This document shows, piece after piece, positions 8,408 through 9,427 of a stretch of 9,427 nucleotides of DNA (position 1 is its first letter; each line of letters opens with the position of its first letter). Below the pieces are notes generated by a model that searched no databases, was not told the origin of the DNA, and was given only the letters and a program-made list of their open reading frames with translations. Origin of the DNA: a virus (Duplodnaviria > Heunggongvirae > Uroviricota > Caudoviricetes); IMG/VR virus record IMGVR_UViG_2563366799_000002. One strand, given 5' to 3'. Both the position numbers and the translations under genes were made by a program.

Positions 8408-8785
8408 ATGCGTGATATTCAGATGGTTCTTGAGCGTTGGGGAGCGTGGGCGGCTAATAATCATGAAGATGTGACCTGGTCGTCCATTGCCGCCGGTTTT
8501 AAGGGATTAATTCCTTCAAAAGTAAAATCTCGCCCACAATGTTGTGACGATGACGCGATGATCATTTGCGGGTGCATGGCCCGTCTGAAAAAGAACAACA
8601 GCGATTTGCATGATTTATTGGTGGACTATTATGTCGGCGGCATGACTTTTATGGCGCTTGCACGTAAGCATGGGCGATCTGATTGTTGGGTTGGCAGGAT
8701 GCTTCAGAAAGCTGAGGGCGTAGTGGAGGGTATGCTGATGGTGTTGGTTCTCCGATTGGAGATGGATGCTGATTGTTCGAAATAA
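8408..8785 (+). CDS. Late-gene antiterminator Q (phage 82 / DLP12 QuuD type)
   Basis: [65 protein letters not shown]... with cysteine cluster. The start is placed at the ATG at 8408 (GGAG 8 nt upstream) rather than the TTG used by the ORF track. It follows rusA-ylcG as in DLP12. Confidence 0.85.
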   Translation: MRDIQMVLERWGAWAANNHEDVTWSSIAAGFKGLIPSKVKSRPQCCDDDAMIICGCMARLKKNNSDLHDLLVDYYVGGMTFMALARKHGRSDCWVGRMLQKAEGVVEGMLMVLVLRLEMDADCSK

Positions 8786-8883
8786 TTAAAGGAAAAGTTG
8801 CTGTCTGATTGTCATTAGTCTAACATTTTAAATGTTGGAATCGCAACGTAGTTATTATCATATAACAGCTTGTTTCCTGATTT
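8786..8883 (+). promoter_or_regulatory. Candidate Q-dependent late promoter region (pR'-like) downstream of Q
   Basis: AT-rich 100 bp directly after Q, where lambdoid phages carry pR' and the Q-utilisation site. Possible hexamers: TTGCTG (8798-8803), 17 bp, TAACAT (8821-8826); or TTGGAA (8835-8840) with TATCAT (8856-8861). The assignment is positional and not certain. Confidence 0.35.
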
Positions 8884-8912
8884 AGCCAGCCTCCCCAAAG
8901 GCTGGTTTTTTT
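8884..8912 (+). terminator. Intrinsic terminator (tR'-like) on the plus strand
   Basis: AGCCAGCC tccccaaa GGCTGG followed by TTTTTTT (8906-8912): a GC-rich stem-loop with a U-run in the plus orientation only. Confidence 0.6.
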
Positions 8913-8940
8913 CTAATAAGTATTATTTCGGGTAGGGATT

Positions 8941-9145
8941 TTATTGTTTAACCCATAATAATTCATTGACATTGAATCCCAACTTTTGAGCGGTTCGCAC
9001 ATAGTCTGCTTTTACTTTATCTGGAATAGTTGGGGTCCTTGCCAGAATCCATAGGTATTCTCTGTTCGGACCACTGACAAGAGCATACTTATACTCATCA
9101 TCCAGTTTGATTACATTATAGCCACCATAGAAGGGGCCAAAAAAC
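8941..9145 (-). pseudogene. Bacterial lipocalin (Blc-family) gene, C-terminal ~68 codons only; 5' part removed by the IS1 insertion
   Basis: Minus-strand translation ...LPFFGPFYGGYNVIKLDDEYKYALVSGPNREYLWILARTPTIPDKVKADYVRTAQKLGFNVNELLWVKQ* aligns with the C-terminal third of E. coli Blc (SFFGPFYGGYNVIALDREYRHALVCGPDRDYLWILSRTPTISDEV...FIWVQQ, from memory) but is clearly divergent. The frame runs straight into the IS1 terminal repeat at 9146. The M in the ORF track is a TTG inside IS1. The segment is visibly AT-rich. Confidence 0.75.
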
Positions 9146-9427
9146 GGTAATGACTCCAACTTATTGATAGTGTTTTATGTTCAGATAATGCCCGATGACT
9201 TTGTCATGCAGCTCCACCGATTTTGAGAACGACAGCGACTTCCGTCCCAGCCGTGCCAGGTGCTGCCTCAGATTCAGGTTATGCCGCTCAATTCGCTGCG
9301 TATATCGCTTGCTGATTACGCGAAGCTTTCCCTTCAGGCGGGATTCATACAGCGGCCAGCCATCCGTCATCCATATCACCACGTCAAAGGGTGACAGCAG
9401 GCTCATAAGACGCCCCAGCGTCGCCAT
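9146..9427 (-). mobile_element. IS1 insertion sequence, terminal 282 bp (element continues beyond window end)
   Basis: GGTAATGACTCCAACTTATTGATAGTGT at 9146 onward is the IS1 terminal inverted repeat, followed by the insB 3' coding sequence. Confidence 0.9.
9161..9427 (-). CDS. insB: IS1 transposase InsB (InsAB'), C-terminal 88 codons (partial)
   Basis: Minus-strand [91 protein letters not shown] is the IS1 InsB C-terminus. The gene runs off the window edge. Confidence 0.9.
   Translation of the reverse strand: MATLGRLMSLLSPFDVVIWMTDGWPLYESRLKGKLRVISKRYTQRIERHNLNLRQHLARLGRKSLSFSKSVELHDKVIGHYLNIKHYQ

Noticed and set aside
4181-9145. An intact, inducible lambda prophage
   Set aside because: The immunity region, O/P replication genes, most of gam, the 3' part of exo and all lysis and structural genes are absent from the contiguous sequence.
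8941-9159. 72-aa ORF taken as an intact small gene
   Set aside because: Its apparent start is a TTG inside the IS1 terminal repeat. It is the 3' part of a lipocalin gene interrupted by IS1, not a complete gene.

Overview
This window is an Escherichia coli-type chromosomal segment spanning the phage lambda attachment locus, with a heavily rearranged lambdoid prophage remnant. Protein identifications rest on recall of known sequences, not on a database search. Left to right: the terminal 248 bp of an IS5 (insH 5' end, minus strand); the aconitase-family gene ybhJ (+); a tandem REP/BIME cluster; ybhC (-); then a lambda attL (15-bp core GCTTTTTTATACTAA at 4188-4202 plus P' arm). The prophage remnant follows: int, xis and orf55 with lambda-identical spacing; a roughly 770-bp non-lambda substitution carrying a MazG/HisE-like gene; exo truncated at codon 126; intact bet; the last ~35 codons of gam fused directly to a DLP12/phage-82-type rusA-ylcG-Q module; a late promoter/terminator region; a low-GC lipocalin (Blc-like) gene fragment; and the end of an IS1 running off the window. 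No CRISPR array, rRNA or tRNA is visible. I do not see a convincing new multi-gene system. The parts not explained by known families are the non-lambda substitution at 5750-6517 and the lipocalin fragment cut by IS1.
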